A stretch of 64,000 nt of DNA from Albugo candida. Lineage: Eukaryota. The notes under the pieces were generated by a model, which was given only the letters and a program-made list of their open reading frames with translations, had not been told where the DNA came from and searched no databases. The position numbers and the translations under genes are program-made. Where the stretch lies: NCBI GenBank assembly GCA_040437565.1, contig JBDOQK010000052.1, positions 124,001 to 188,000 on the forward strand. Direction: 5' to 3'. Of the stretch, positions 52,056 through 64,000 are shown piece after piece; position 1 is the first letter of the stretch; each line of letters starts with the position of its first letter.

Positions 52056-54956
52056 TCAGAATCCTTCCATTTCTTCGTCGTATCCGTCGAGATAAAAGTC
52101 TGAAGATTCGCCTTTCATTGGCGATTCTGCAATACCGAAAGATCGTGTGTCCGGAGAGAATTCAACAAACATTGCCTTTCCGCGCTTTCGTTGCATTTGC
52201 TTGGCTGCTAAAACGTATGTTGCATCTTGAAACTCGCATACGTCTGAATCCATAAAGTCGATATCCTGCTGCGCTCCAATTGACAATCTCCTCTCTTGCA
52301 TCTCGCTACTTTGCTCACAGTCCTTGTCTGCGCATGACTCGACTGAACACACACTAGAAGCATCGATTTCTCCGTCTGTAGTCTCTCCGTCGTCGTGCGT
52401 TTGGTCCTCATACTCGTCGATTATATGCTTTGTGTATTCGAGATTCTTTGCATTTTCGTGAGATGTCGGGTCGGCGTGCTTCCAGTACAGATAAAGAGAA
52501 CTGATGTACTTGAAGGAACGACGTAACAGATACGGGTCAAATGGGAAGAATGTATGCGGTAACTTCCAATTTGAAGTGCAGATTGTGTGGCTGATATTTT
52601 GGATGGAATCATTAACAGCAGAGGCTTTTTGTAAGGAGCTGCCGAAAGAACTGATAGATTGATCGATGCGTTCAGCACATTCGGGAGAGATCAGCTGGAA
52701 GAGTTCGGCAACATTGAGGAATTCTAACGTCACAGATTGTTGGCAAAATACGAGAGGACAAGGAGAGATTGTTTCGAATAGTCGTTCCCATCCGAGGCTT
52801 CGGAGAAAGTCATAGCTCTTGGGTGCATTCACCATTTCCAGACCTCGAAAGCATACCACATAACACACTGTTTGTAAAGTGGAGATGAAAATTGCTTTTT
52901 GAAATTGAGAAATCGATGGACGGTCATCTGCGGCTCTATCAATACCAAATCCATCATCGATCGGGGAAGGATCTTGTCCGTTCAGATACGATCGCTCGTA
53001 GATATCGACTTGATCGTGTAAATACCGCAATAAATGATACAAGGCTTTTTCGAGGTAAGTAGTCGACACGTATTTAGCTCTGGCCAGAAAGCTCGCCAAA
53101 TATGCTCCACAACTCTGTCTTGTCACTGGTGGGATCTGGGAGGTAGGAATACGATCATCAGTTGGTTCATGTGCACACAAGCAGATCACTTACTTTTGGA
53201 TCAATGGATGCCGTAATGAGATGCGAAATGAAGGCATTTTGATACTTTGCATGATATTGGCACAGATAAAATAGCAGAAATTGTGGATATTTGGATCGAT
53301 GCGTGTTGAGGATAGAGAGCTCAAATGCTCGAAGTAAACTCCTGAAAACGTGCGCGGCTTCACAAGGGACGCATTCATTCCTCAGTTGACCCGATGCTTC
53401 CTCGAGATATTCAAACATGACCAGCATCATTTTNNNNNNNNNNNNNNNNNNNNNNNNNNNNNNNNNNNNNNNNNNNNNNNNNNNNNNNNNNNNNNNNNNN
53501 NNNNNNNNNNNNNNNNNNNNNNNNNNNNNNNNNCGCTCGTAGATATCGACTTGATCGTGTAAATACCGCAATAAATGATACAAGGCTTTTTCGAGGTAAG
53601 TAGTCGACACGTATTTAGCTCTGGCCAGAAAGCTCGCCAAATATGCTCCACAACTCTGTCTTGTCACTGGTGGGATCTGGGAGGTAGGAATACGATCATC
53701 AGTTGGTTCATGTGCACACAAGCAGATCACTTACTTTTGGATCAATGGATGCCGTAATGAGATGCGAAATGAAGGCATTTTGATACTTTGCATGATATTG
53801 GCACAGATAAAATAGCAGAAATTGTGGATATTTGGATCGATGCGTGTTGAGGATAGAGAGCTCAAATGCTCGAAGTAAACTCCTGAAAACGTGCGCGGCT
53901 TCACAAGGGACGCATTCATTCCTCAGTTGACCCGATGCTTCCTCGAGATATTCAAACATGACCAGCATCATTTTATCGAGTTTGTCAGCCATCTCATCAA
54001 TATCTTCGACATCACCTACAGCCAGATTTTCATCCAAAAAATCATCCATGGTGAACATTGTCTCATCGGCTGCATCCAAGTCTTTTTCATCCAATTTGAT
54101 CTCAACATCGATTTGAACGAGACGATCCACAGTCAATGCGATGATCTGTTCTTCTAGAGCTGGTGCATAGCTCGCAATTTTCATCAGATTTCTTACGTAC
54201 GTCACTTGAACGATTGCCGCCATTCGTTTGTGAGGAAACGTTTGAGACAATATTGAGCTTAGGACATTCGTCGAAGTCGGAATGATCGTTAGCACCCGCT
54301 GTAATGCTTTGTGTACATACTCACTTCGACTAGAAACAAGTTCATCTGAATCTGCAGATTCAAGGTTTTTGGGTCTCGCGAGATTTCTTACAAGCATGTG
54401 AAGTGTCGGTATCACAAAGACAGACTGAGATGATACCAAATTGAGTAGAAATGAAGTGTATGCAGAAATAGTGGCGATCGTCTCCAAGGATGCTGACGAT
54501 TCCTCTCCCTCGTGTAACGCATAATAAGAGAATTTGAAAAGTGTATCAAAGAGCGGTTGTAAGACTTCTGCCTCTCGAGTAAGTCGCGATATACATCGCG
54601 TCAGTGCCAGTAGTATTTTTCGACAAACTACCAGCGAGACATCGTCTTTGCTCTGCTGGGAACCAGTTACAAAGCGATCATCGGTCTGCTCGGATGGTAT
54701 CATTACGACCAGGTGTTGGAGTAGATAGTTGAATTGTGTTGGGTTCCCCTGTGCAAATCCAGTCAATCATATTGCAGCAAAGTCTATTTGCTCACAAATG
54801 CACCTGTAGTCGCGTCTGTAAGGCATTTTCGATAAAGTTTTGCATTGCGGCAATCTCTTTCTCTTCTATCGGTTCAGCATGACTAACTTTTGAGCGCGTG
54901 TGAGCGCGATCCAGCGGCTTGAGACTCCCTTCGCACTTGGAGTCGACACTATTCAT
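52056..54956 (-). CDS. RRN3: RNA polymerase I transcription initiation factor RRN3/TIF-IA (multi-exon; ~52990-53433 duplicated across a gap)
   Basis: FPHKR, LVQIDVEI, KLDKMM, ILNTHRSKYPQFLLFY, RQSCGAYLASFLARAK, YVVCFR and FFPFDPYLL. Confidence 0.93.
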
Positions 54957-57301
54957 GACNNNNNNNNNNNNNNNNNNNNNNNNNNNNNNNNNNNNNNNNN
55001 NNNNNNNNNNNNNNNNNNNNNNNNNNNNNNNNNNNNNNNNNNNNNNNNNNNNNNNNNNNTGACCAGTGATTCTTCGACGTAATGACCTTTGAAAGATTAT
55101 ATCTGCCATGAAAGGATATGTAAACATCAGAGCTGACACGTCCTCTTTTTCATCGATTGGTATATTGGCGGCCATTTATCTCGCTGCTTTACAGCTACTA
55201 CATCATGGGACTAAAAGAAGGCGAAGAGTATCTGACGACAAAGCTGATTGTATGAGGTTGATGCATGGGCGCACGTTTACACGGAACAGAATTGATGTGA
55301 AGGGATAGATGTTTTCGTGAGGAGAAAATGGAGCCATAACTGTATACGATAATGTCGATACTGAAGCGAGCAAGCATATATAATAAGCAAATGCTGAAGC
55401 TAGTATCACCCGAAAAGCACGGGTACGGTTCCTCAATTGACTTACGCTAAGAGTGCTTCAGACCTGCCACTCTCACTCTTTACGTACGTCGACAACACTC
55501 ATTTCGTTCTTAAGCCTTTGACACCGCTGGATACTTTAGTTACTTATGCCTGGAGATATACGATGCAATACTAGCTACTATACTCGACCGATGATTTTAT
55601 AGTGTTGATCTATGAGCTTCCTTTCGATCTTATTGAGAGGTAAAGCAAAATGCTTTGTGGGAAGCACTTTGAGGTCATACAGGTCATACAGATACCTCGA
55701 GTGCACGATGCAAGGGATAGAAATGATTCAGTTTCAAGAGATCATAATTATCCTTAATGGATTCGAACTTCTTAGAGCCATTAATACAGCATCTGACAGC
55801 GTCTCAGAAAGAATTGATCTGCCTCCCCTCAATGTCATATAGATTGGTCAAGTTCATTTACACTCCCAGTTCTCTCGTATTTGCGTGTCACTACTATCAC
55901 CACAGGAATGCGACGATGCGCACCTTAGCTATTGGAATGTTATCGAGCTTGATTGCACTTACTACATGTTTACATGTGCCTCGGGTAGTAGTCCATGTGT
56001 TTCAGATAATGTCTCCCTTTAGGTTTCAATCGTCAAATTCAACTCCTAGAGCTTCTACATGGAGCAGTCAGATACATGAAAAAAAGGGAGCAGTGCGGAC
56101 GACAGATGCAGTCCTCAACTAGCGGGGTCATGACCGCAGTAAGTATGGTCATGTCATAGGGCATGATCAGTTTAGAATCGACCTGTACGCTTCCTTCTTC
56201 ATCACATTTGAGATTGTTGGGTATATTTTCTCCGCGTTGAAATGGTCAAAATTGACAGGAACATCTATTGTGTATGGCCAATTATACAATTTACAAAAAC
56301 ACAAACGTCATACTTCCAAAAAACAAACGCTCGATAGCGTCAATGTGTATCAATTTCGCTGCTGCCAAATAATAAGATTCGATATCGTTATGTACCCATC
56401 TCACCCAAAAATAGTGTGGTGTGCTGAATCGTGACAGAAATGGAGCTCGAGAATGCTCTTCAAAATTGGCTGACTGCAATTGCCGATAAAAACGTGCAAG
56501 ATTTCTGCGAGCAGCGTTTCACATGCCTCATGTCTGCCGCGCTGACCACATTGGATTCAAAGGTATGCTTTTATCGCCATTGAATCGCTCTGCAGCTCAC
56601 TTTTCAACTCAGAAACAACCCGAAAAAATAACTGCTCTGCATCAGCAATTCGAGCCAAAACACGTACGATAAATCTTTCTTCACCAATCAAATGCAAGAG
56701 GATGATAATACTTGAAGAGATCAATTGCATTGGAGCTGACATACATCCTCCAAAATGTCATACAAATCGCCACTCGTGAGCACTTGAGGCTTGATTCTAC
56801 TTTATCTCACGATGCACCGGGGCTTTTGCCTCATCAAAAAAAGTTCAAGCAGCTTCCACCTTCATTACAGCAGCTTCTTCTTGATAGTATGACGCGAAAG
56901 TACGCCCCATTTCATGTTCGTGAAGCCTTTAATCCATCTCTGTTGGCAGCAAGTCCAGGATCTCACGCATAGCAATTCAAGAGAGATTAGTGTTACCCAC
57001 ACTACATGCTTTGAATTGGCGAGTTGTCAAGGCTTCGGGTACAAATCCTCCGATGGTGATTATGCGAGTACAAACGAGCGAGAAGCACTCCAAGTATCTC
57101 CGATTCCAATTACGGGAATTCCATCAGCTGCGTTACCAAGTCGCAAAGGTGCTGTAAAGTGCGTTTAAATGAATTGATTTGATTGAATTTACACGCAGGC
57201 GCTCGAGGACCTGAATCAAATCGAAGCCCGTCCGATTATGCGTCTCGCCCACGCTCAAGCAAGTCGTACAGAAAATTGACAAAATTGAATGTTGAATTGT
57301 A

Positions 57302-58404
57302 TCAATTTTTCATTTTTTTTTTCGTGTTCGAAAAGCATTCACCCCAAACGCAAATATCTTTTCCTCGAAGCAGTCTGCAAAATTCTTCAAATGAAAATGC
57401 ATCAGCTGTTTGCAATCTGGGACTTTCAGTTTGCTTCTCGTCCGCACGAATTGCCGCTTCCAACAATGCACAAGAGGAAGCCACCTTGTAGTCTTTCAAA
57501 AAGAAGTTGGCTTGGTTTTCCTCCACAACGCGTTTTTCGGATGGGATTTGAAAAGTCAATAAGAGGAGGTCTACGAGCACGCAATTCAACACAATTCAAT
57601 TCGAAGATGAAAGCTCACCCAAAATCTTTTCGACGCTTTGACGAGATACAACTTCCCTGGGGTCTTCAGTAGCATCATCGTCCATCAACGCAGCATCCGA
57701 CAAGGCTGCTATCGTATAAATGCATCGTAATCGGTCTTCCACAGCTCCTTTCACAGCCAATGAGAGTGCGACCAAAAACGCATCGACATTCACTCTTCCG
57801 GACGAATCTCGCTGAAGGAGCTCCAAAACACGCTCGAGGTGATGCTACGACGACAAGAGATCAGCTGGACACTATCGATAGAGACTAATTGTCCAAAATA
57901 CCGCTTTTTGGAGTCCGTTTGGACAAATTTCTATAAGCTTCGATGCGGTGAATTGATCCAATTCTTTAATTGTAGCAATTCCAAGCGGAAAAGATCGAAC
58001 GATTTCCTCAACAAGTCGCTTGAAATCGGCTTCTCTATGAATGCGTCCGAGTCAGATGGAAAGAAATAAGCGGAATGATCGTACGTGAGATTGTTTTTGC
58101 TACGTAGCTCCCACGCTTCATACGGCGATATCACTGCATTCTCTGTAAATGGCTCTTGCACCGTTGCAAATGTTCTTCTATTATGAGCATTTCGGTACAA
58201 ATAAATACCAATTCCCAATGCAATTCCTCCAAGTGTTATAGCGGGATTCCGACTAAAGAAGCCAGGTGTATACTGATCAGAAGTTTCAGCATTTGTTTTC
58301 GTCGTCAATGTCGTAGTTTTCGCGGTGCAAAATGGCTTATTACAGCGTTCAAACAGCTTCCATCGCGACAGTCGTCCACGACCAATTCTACCAATTCTTG
58401 ACAT
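57302..58404 (-). CDS. Hypothetical single-pass protein with mitochondrial-presequence-like N-terminus and EF-hand-like segments (multi-exon)
   Basis: Arg-rich N-terminus MSRIGRIGRGRLSRW, TM ITLGGIALGIGIYLY, EF-like DSSGRVNVDAFLVALS...EDRLRCIY and FSFEEFCRLL. ORF pieces are separated by GT-AG introns; exon boundaries are approximate. Confidence 0.6.
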
Positions 58405-58591
58405 TATGATACTGTCATTAATGTCAAAAATCGCTACAAGATTAATAAAAGCGCTTCAAGAGCCCTTCGCGATCTGCGCGAAGATGGACCCACGGAACAC
58501 TGACTGAATTCGTAAGAGCCGCTGTAACGCTCCATCGGTTGCGTGTATGAAAATAACTCTACCGTGAACCCATTTGCCTCAATTCGATCGC

Positions 58592-61500
58592 ATGCCTTCC
58601 CGATCCAAAATCTATGTATATGCACGCGAAGAATCCCATTCCGACAATGAGAATGCAAATGTGCCAATACCAACGCGTCCAATCTCCACAGTCGCTGTAA
58701 TGTGTCGTCACAGACCTTTTTTCCAACGATTCTCTCAAATACTCGTTCGATGTCGCGGGACCGCACATTTCACAGTGCTTTTTCTTCCGTGCGCGTATCT
58801 CGTCGTCAGCCTTCCAATTCGATTTGGTCTTTTCTTTGATCCGTATGCTCCTTCAAACCAGAAATGGAGTTCCGCGCTGAGTGTTTGGACCGTTTTGGAC
58901 GTTTGTATCGACATAATCGGTTTATGGGAATTCCTCCGTCGAGTCGAATGGAAGCGATCGATATCATTTCTCGATATTGGAGCTCTATTGCCCGTCGAAC
59001 TGATCGCATTCGCGTATAAGCGATACAATCTCCTGCACATTCTTCGTCTGAGCAAACTCTCTCGACTGAGACTCTCGTCAATATTCCATTCCATCCCATT
59101 GACTCGACGATTGCGTACGGGAATGTCGACATTGATCATCGCCATAACTTGTGGAATCGCATTAGCTCATTGGTTTGCGTGTGTGTACATCTTAATCGGC
59201 CATTTGGAATGTGGCATCGATATGGAATTCTGTAGAGATACGCACTATGAAGCGAGTTGGATGATGCGTGACAGATTGCTTGGAAATGATCTCATTCGAA
59301 AGTACGCTCGGGCTTTGTATTGGGCATCTCGTTCGATGGTGTTGCTCGGATACGATGACGTGACTCCCGTGTCCAGTGCCGAAACCATTTACGTCGTAAT
59401 TGTCCAAATAATTGGCGCCATTTTCAGCACTAAAGTATTAGCCACTTTCTCGTTTATCATTCGGAATCGAAATGCGCAACATGCGACGTTCCTCACGCAC
59501 ATTGACAATGCCAAAGGATATATGAAATCACGCAACATTCCACGTCCGCTTCAGCAAAAGATTATGAGATATCTCAATTACGTTTGGGAGACGCATAATG
59601 GCTTGGAAATCGATCGCCAATTGACGTTGTTGCCTGTACATTTACAATTCCAAATTGCTCATTCACTCAAAGCGAATCGATTGAGAGAACTTTGTTTCCT
59701 CGCGAAAGAGAGCGCCACTTTCATTCATAAATTGGTGCTTTCTCTCGTGTTGTGTGTCTATTCTCCAAACGATTGCATTATGGAGCCGAAAATGAGCACG
59801 CGAATGTACTTTGTCGTGCGTGGGAAAATCCTTCTAACGGCTTTGGATGGGAAATTGCATCGAAATTGTCAGCGTGGCGATCACTTTGCAGCCATTTGTC
59901 TCTTCGATTCGGAACGATGCGATGATCGAGCGATCGCAAAGACATTTTCTGAGGTGTACGCGTTGTCGAAAACTTTGTTTGAGAAAGCCATTTGTGAATT
60001 CTTTGGCAAGGAATACGTTCAAGTGAGACGGAATATGGCCACAAAGTTGGAACGATATCATATTCAGCTTCAAAAGACATCCAAACTTCTCGGCATACCG
60101 CGTGCGATGACAATCGCTTCCAAAGACATAAATTCTCATGCGGAATGGCGTTTTCCCGAGTCACAATTTCGAGCTCAATGGGATGTATTTCGACTGCTTT
60201 GCATTTTGTATGTGGCATTTGAAGTTCCTTTCTTTGCGTGCTTTATGGGAAGTCATCGAGTAGAGACGATCTTTCATGAGACTCCAAGTCGAATTGCGTT
60301 TATCCTTACAATTGGAGTGGAGGTCTTCTTTCTCATCGATTTACTGTTGCGTTCTCAATGGTTTGCGTATTGGAATTCTCAGCTTTTGATTCATGTGATG
60401 GATCCGAATTTGATTTTCAAAGCGTATCGTTCGTCGACTTTCGTTACCGATCTCATGGCTTCCATTCCAATTGCATTGATTCTCGAGTGTTTGGAGATAA
60501 AGAGAATTCCATGGATACGTTTACTTCGTCTTCTTCGATTGCGTCATTTACGTCATTCCATACGACATTTCAGTCAGAATTACACGCTTTCTTCCAATAT
60601 GACAATGATCGTATCGCTTTTATTGCATGTGACGCTGTTACTCCATTACGTTGGCTGTGTCTGGTACGTCATCTCTTGGACTGAAACGTTGCATTTCGAC
60701 GCACATCACATCGACACTGACGGATTCTCGCGATCTCATTGCCTGTATTTGGCGTATATGCATCAGAATTGCTCTTGGATTCGCTTCGATTGCTACGGTC
60801 AAATTGGAACGGTGTTCCCTGTGGAAATGGTGGAATCGGATCATCGCTTACGATATTCCATTTCATTTGCATACGTTCGATCGATTTATTGGGCAGTTGT
60901 CGCTCTCACTGGTGTCGGGTATGGCGACATTGTCGCATTCACAACTGCAGAAAGCTTCTTTGCAGCTGGATGGATATTCGTCGGAGGAATTATCAATTTC
61001 GGTGTTGTTGGAGCGATGTCGACGACCATTTCCAGCTTACTGGCAAGCCATCATCACCATGTGAATAAGTTGAATGCGGTTGAATTAGCGATGGAGACGC
61101 ATCGAATTTCCAAGAAACTTCGCATCGATATTCATCAATTTTATGAGCATCATTACCACACGCGAGAGAGAGCGTATGAAAGCCAATTGTTATCTCATTT
61201 GCCGGAACAATTGTGTCATCAGATTTCTTCGCTTTTGCATTCGGAAGCCGCTAATAAAGTGGAGATTTTCCAATACGCAAGCCAAGACTTTCGCGATCAA
61301 TTGACAGGTCATTTCCGACATCGAACGTATCAAAGCGGTGAGACATTGTGCTTTGAAGGGAATATCTGCCAGGAATTCTTCGTCATCATTCAGGGTCGAG
61401 TGAATGGCTTCTTCCAATCTCAGAGTGCTCCAATTTGTGCGTTGACTGACGGTCATTGTTATGGAGAAAGTGGCTTTTTCTTACGCAAATTGCATCCCAT

Positions 61501-64000
61501 CACATTGGTAGCGGTATCGCGTGTCGAAGCTTCGGTTGTGTCTCAAGAGCATTTTGAGCCATTTCGACGGAAATTCCCACAGGAATCGAAGCGGATAAAG
61601 ATGATTGCACATGAGATATGGCGTCAGGAAACGAATACTTTCGCAAAGATCGGACATAATCTCAAGACGAGAGAGAAGCTTCGATCGCATGTCATGCTGA
61701 CGAGTTGTTTGTATTCGCAGGCGGACGCACATCGACGTCAGAGTCTTCATACTTTAATCCAGAGTGCTTCCACGCACTCTCAAAGAAGCGTTCGTCATAC
61801 TTTAGAGTCGATTCGGACGCGATCACTTCCATTCCTTCCCAATGAAAATGATGATCCAGAGCTCATTTGTATCCGTCGTATGCATCGATGGAAGCTCATT
61901 CTGACATCTCTCATCTTCTACAACGCGTATATGATCATTTTCCGCATAGCTTTTCATTCCAAATTGTCCAAAATGCCGCGTATTGTCGACTCGATTCTCT
62001 GGGGAATGGATGCATGCAGCGATCTCATTTACATTGTGGACATTTGGCTTCATCTTTTCTACTTTGATTGTGTCAGTTTGCATGGAATTTGGAACCTCTT
62101 TCGATGCGAAGAAATCAATGTCAAATATCGTAATAGTCGTCGTTTTCGGATTCATGTGATCGCATCGTTGCCGTTTGATTATCTCTTTCGAAAGACTCCG
62201 TTGGCGATAAGTCTCACTCGTGTCACCAAACTCATTCGATGCGTGCAACTTCCGTCCTTACTGGACGATACGATTCTCCACATCCAACAGCTAGCGTCCA
62301 AAGATGTCTCTTCCTACTTGAATCCATTCAAACTGGCACTTATTCTCTTCCTCGCCGCTCATTACGCCGCTTGTATTTTCTTTTGGATCTCCGAGAACGA
62401 GTGTCAGCGTCACAAAAGCCATTGCTGGATCGAACATGATCACATTGTGCACGAGTATCACGGGTCATTGCCGGCGTTGTACATTCGATCGTTCTACTGG
62501 GCGCTCACGACGCTGACACTTGTTGGATCGAGAGAAATTGTGCCTCGAGATCTTCTTGGGACACTCTGGGCGGGCTTCACCTGTCTCGGATGCACGTTCC
62601 TCATGAGCCACATTGTCGGTGAGCTATCCGAGTTGATCCTCCAAGTCGGTCGCGATGCAAAGGAGTATCAGAGACACATACGAAATCTCGAGCATTTGGC
62701 TTCTCAGCACAAGTTTCCCGCTTCCTTACGCGATCGAATAAATGCGTACTTGAGCTTCCAGCATCAGCACAAGAGCGGGAGACAGCTTGCAACGATATTT
62801 CGAGATTTGCCCGTGAATCTTCGCTTGGATTTGATGCTTCAAGTGTATGGTTCGTTGCTTCATTCGCTTCCCATAAGTCCATTTCTCTCACTCGCTCAGA
62901 TAAATAATCTCTCTTTACATCTTCAAAGTGAGCTTTTTGTGCCTGGAGACGTCATTTTAATGGAAAATACAATGGGAAATCGATTGTGTGTGTTGAAAGA
63001 CGGATTCGCCGGTGTATTTTTGCAAGCTTCTGTTCTCATAAATGTGAGTATGTTGACAAGTGGATGTTTGTTTGGTGAGATCGCTTTCTTCCTTCCGTGT
63101 CAACGACGAATCGCTGGAGTTCGAGCGATTACATACTCTGAGATTTTGTTCATTTCCAAAGGCACGTGGAAAGAGTTGTGGATTGGCTCGGACTCTGTCG
63201 AACGATACGCGACTGAATCGATTCTAAAATGGGTTCGATCTCGATTGACGTGTTATCAGACCGCCAATGTCGCGTTTGCTAGAAAGCTCGAGCGTGTTGG
63301 GAAGTCCAATGAGAAGAAAAAATCAAGCAGACGAAGGAGTTCGATACTTGGGCGTGTGAGCATTCAAGCTCCCCAATCATTGCTCGTGGAACAGACCAAA
63401 TATCTCTTGTCCAAAGTGAGTGAGATGACCAGAAAATTGGAAGCACTTGAGCCCAAACGGATAGGAAACACGCAAAGTAAAAGCACGAGATCGATTGTGC
63501 GCGCAGAGTCGACTTTCTCGGAGGAATGTGTGATGAATGTTATGCCAATACGTCGATCACTGATACATTTGATAACGCCAAAAGCCTCGGAAGAGATGAA
63601 GAAGGAATGTTGGCAGCGGATCGGATTGCTTGCGGCGTTGGAGCATTTTACAAATGATCGAATCAATAAATTGGCCGATAAAGAGTCCATAAAGCCAATG
63701 AGATTGAAAAGATCTCAACTCCGACGTGTGAGATCCTTACCGAGTGTTTGGGTTGACGCATTTGATCAGACACGGCAGCATGACGCCGCTTTTCGGGAGA
63801 AACGAACGGTACGAACGAATGGGACGGATATGTCTCCAGCAATCGATTTCGAAACGTTGCAAAATTGTCATCAGGAACCGCCAATGTATGCGACTTTGTA
63901 CGTCATCTACAAAGCGTTCCGAGAACGATCTTGGAATACTTCAGCTTTATCGATGGAGTACGCCAAAATGAATGGAAGCATGCAAAGTGATCATTTTGTG
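58592..64000 (+). CDS. Multi-repeat cyclic-nucleotide-binding-domain (CNG/KCNH-like) cation channel, 3'-partial
   Basis: One frame from ATG 58592, apparently open to the window edge (spot-checked; absence from the ORF track is consistent). It carries three [S1-S4, pore, C-linker, CNBD] units. Pores: ALYWASRSMVLLGYDDVTP (~59310), SIYWAVVALTGVGYGDIVA (~60885), SFYWALTTLTLVGSREIVP (~62490). Confidence 0.9.
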   Translation, partial: MPSRSKIYVYAREESHSDNENANVPIPTRPISTVAVMCRHRPFFQRFSQILVRCRGTAHFTVLFLPCAYLVVSLPIRFGLFFDPYAPSNQKWSSALSVWTVLDVCIDIIGLWEFLRRVEWKRSISFLDIGALLPVELIAFAYKRYNLLHILRLSKLSRLRLSSIFHSIPLTRRLRTGMSTLIIAITCGIALAHWFACVYILIGHLECGIDMEFCRDTHYEASWMMRDRLLGNDLIRKYARALYWASRSMVLLGYDDVTPVSSAETIYVVIVQIIGAIFSTKVLATFSFIIRNRNAQHATFLTHIDNAKGYMKSRNIPRPLQQKIMRYLNYVWETHNGLEIDRQLTLLPVHLQFQIAHSLKANRLRELCFLAKESATFIHKLVLSLVLCVYSPNDCIMEPKMSTRMYFVVRGKILLTALDGKLHRNCQRGDHFAAICLFDSERCDDRAIAKTFSEVYALSKTLFEKAICEFFGKEYVQVRRNMATKLERYHIQLQKTSKLLGIPRAMTIASKDINSHAEWRFPESQFRAQWDVFRLLCILYVAFEVPFFACFMGSHRVETIFHETPSRIAFILTIGVEVFFLIDLLLRSQWFAYWNSQLLIHVMDPNLIFKAYRSSTFVTDLMASIPIALILECLEIKRIPWIRLLRLLRLRHLRHSIRHFSQNYTLSSNMTMIVSLLLHVTLLLHYVGCVWYVISWTETLHFDAHHIDTDGFSRSHCLYLAYMHQNCSWIRFDCYGQIGTVFPVEMVESDHRLRYSISFAYVRSIYWAVVALTGVGYGDIVAFTTAESFFAAGWIFVGGIINFGVVGAMSTTISSLLASHHHHVNKLNAVELAMETHRISKKLRIDIHQFYEHHYHTRERAYESQLLSHLPEQLCHQISSLLHSEAANKVEIFQYASQDFRDQLTGHFRHRTYQSGETLCFEGNICQEFFVIIQGRVNGFFQSQSAPICALTDGHCYGESGFFLRKLHPITLVAVSRVEASVVSQEHFEPFRRKFPQESKRIKMIAHEIWRQETNTFAKIGHNLKTREKLRSHVMLTSCLYSQADAHRRQSLHTLIQSASTHSQRSVRHTLESIRTRSLPFLPNENDDPELICIRRMHRWKLILTSLIFYNAYMIIFRIAFHSKLSKMPRIVDSILWGMDACSDLIYIVDIWLHLFYFDCVSLHGIWNLFRCEEINVKYRNSRRFRIHVIASLPFDYLFRKTPLAISLTRVTKLIRCVQLPSLLDDTILHIQQLASKDVSSYLNPFKLALILFLAAHYAACIFFWISENECQRHKSHCWIEHDHIVHEYHGSLPALYIRSFYWALTTLTLVGSREIVPRDLLGTLWAGFTCLGCTFLMSHIVGELSELILQVGRDAKEYQRHIRNLEHLASQHKFPASLRDRINAYLSFQHQHKSGRQLATIFRDLPVNLRLDLMLQVYGSLLHSLPISPFLSLAQINNLSLHLQSELFVPGDVILMENTMGNRLCVLKDGFAGVFLQASVLINVSMLTSGCLFGEIAFFLPCQRRIAGVRAITYSEILFISKGTWKELWIGSDSVERYATESILKWVRSRLTCYQTANVAFARKLERVGKSNEKKKSSRRRSSILGRVSIQAPQSLLVEQTKYLLSKVSEMTRKLEALEPKRIGNTQSKSTRSIVRAESTFSEECVMNVMPIRRSLIHLITPKASEEMKKECWQRIGLLAALEHFTNDRINKLADKESIKPMRLKRSQLRRVRSLPSVWVDAFDQTRQHDAAFREKRTVRTNGTDMSPAIDFETLQNCHQEPPMYATLYVIYKAFRERSWNTSALSMEYAKMNGSMQSDHFV

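Noticed and set aside
4639-54000. Direct repeats flanking N-gaps (at 4797, 6557, 11639, 28525, 30034, 30463, 41086, 41515, 51027, 53434) as biological tandem duplications
   Set aside because: Each abuts an exactly 100-N gap and duplicates mid-gene sequence, which is typical of unmerged contig overlaps or haplotypes.
10232-54956. RNA-processing gene cluster (RNPS1, SMG7, SF3B4, RRN3, RNase T2)
   Set aside because: Interspersed with unrelated genes; expected by chance in a gene-dense eukaryotic genome.
55916-57170. Signal-peptide-like start MRTLAIGMLSSLIALTTC with Cys-rich fragments, a possible CHxC/CCG effector relic
   Set aside because: No correctly spaced CxxC...G motif and no continuous ORF; unsupported.
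1-64000. CRISPR arrays, tRNA/rRNA genes, prokaryotic operons or defence systems
   Set aside because: No regularly spaced repeats or structural RNA signatures seen; the DNA is eukaryotic with spliceosomal introns.

Overview
Eukaryotic, intron-containing, gene-dense DNA from a draft scaffold with 16 fixed-length 100-N gaps; 11 of these are flanked by short duplicated sequence, which is an assembly or haplotype artefact. Short GT-AG introns, tiny intergenic spacers and an APS kinase-ATP sulfurylase-pyrophosphatase fusion suggest an oomycete, possibly Albugo-like (inference). Recognisable genes: P4-ATPase (partial), RNPS1/SR45-like, RNase T2, Sec3, GAA1, calpain-7, PAPS synthase-PPase fusion, SMG7/EST1-like, an SLC25 carrier with a long N-terminal extension, SF3B4, RRN3, a putative mitochondrial EF-hand-like membrane protein and a very long multi-repeat CNBD ion channel (partial). 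Gene-poor islands hold a decayed LINE, a sodium:solute symporter pseudogene and three dispersed paralogs of an intronless pepsin-fold-like protein whose catalytic Asp motifs are eroded. That family is the most interesting signal: candidate secreted pseudo-proteases or effectors under birth-and-death evolution, two of them with a co-duplicated upstream block. Also notable are the apparent N-terminal membrane anchor on the PAPS synthase-PPase, and the concatenated channel with three different pore filters and only one canonical CNBD. All calls come from manual translation and motif recognition; no searches were run.
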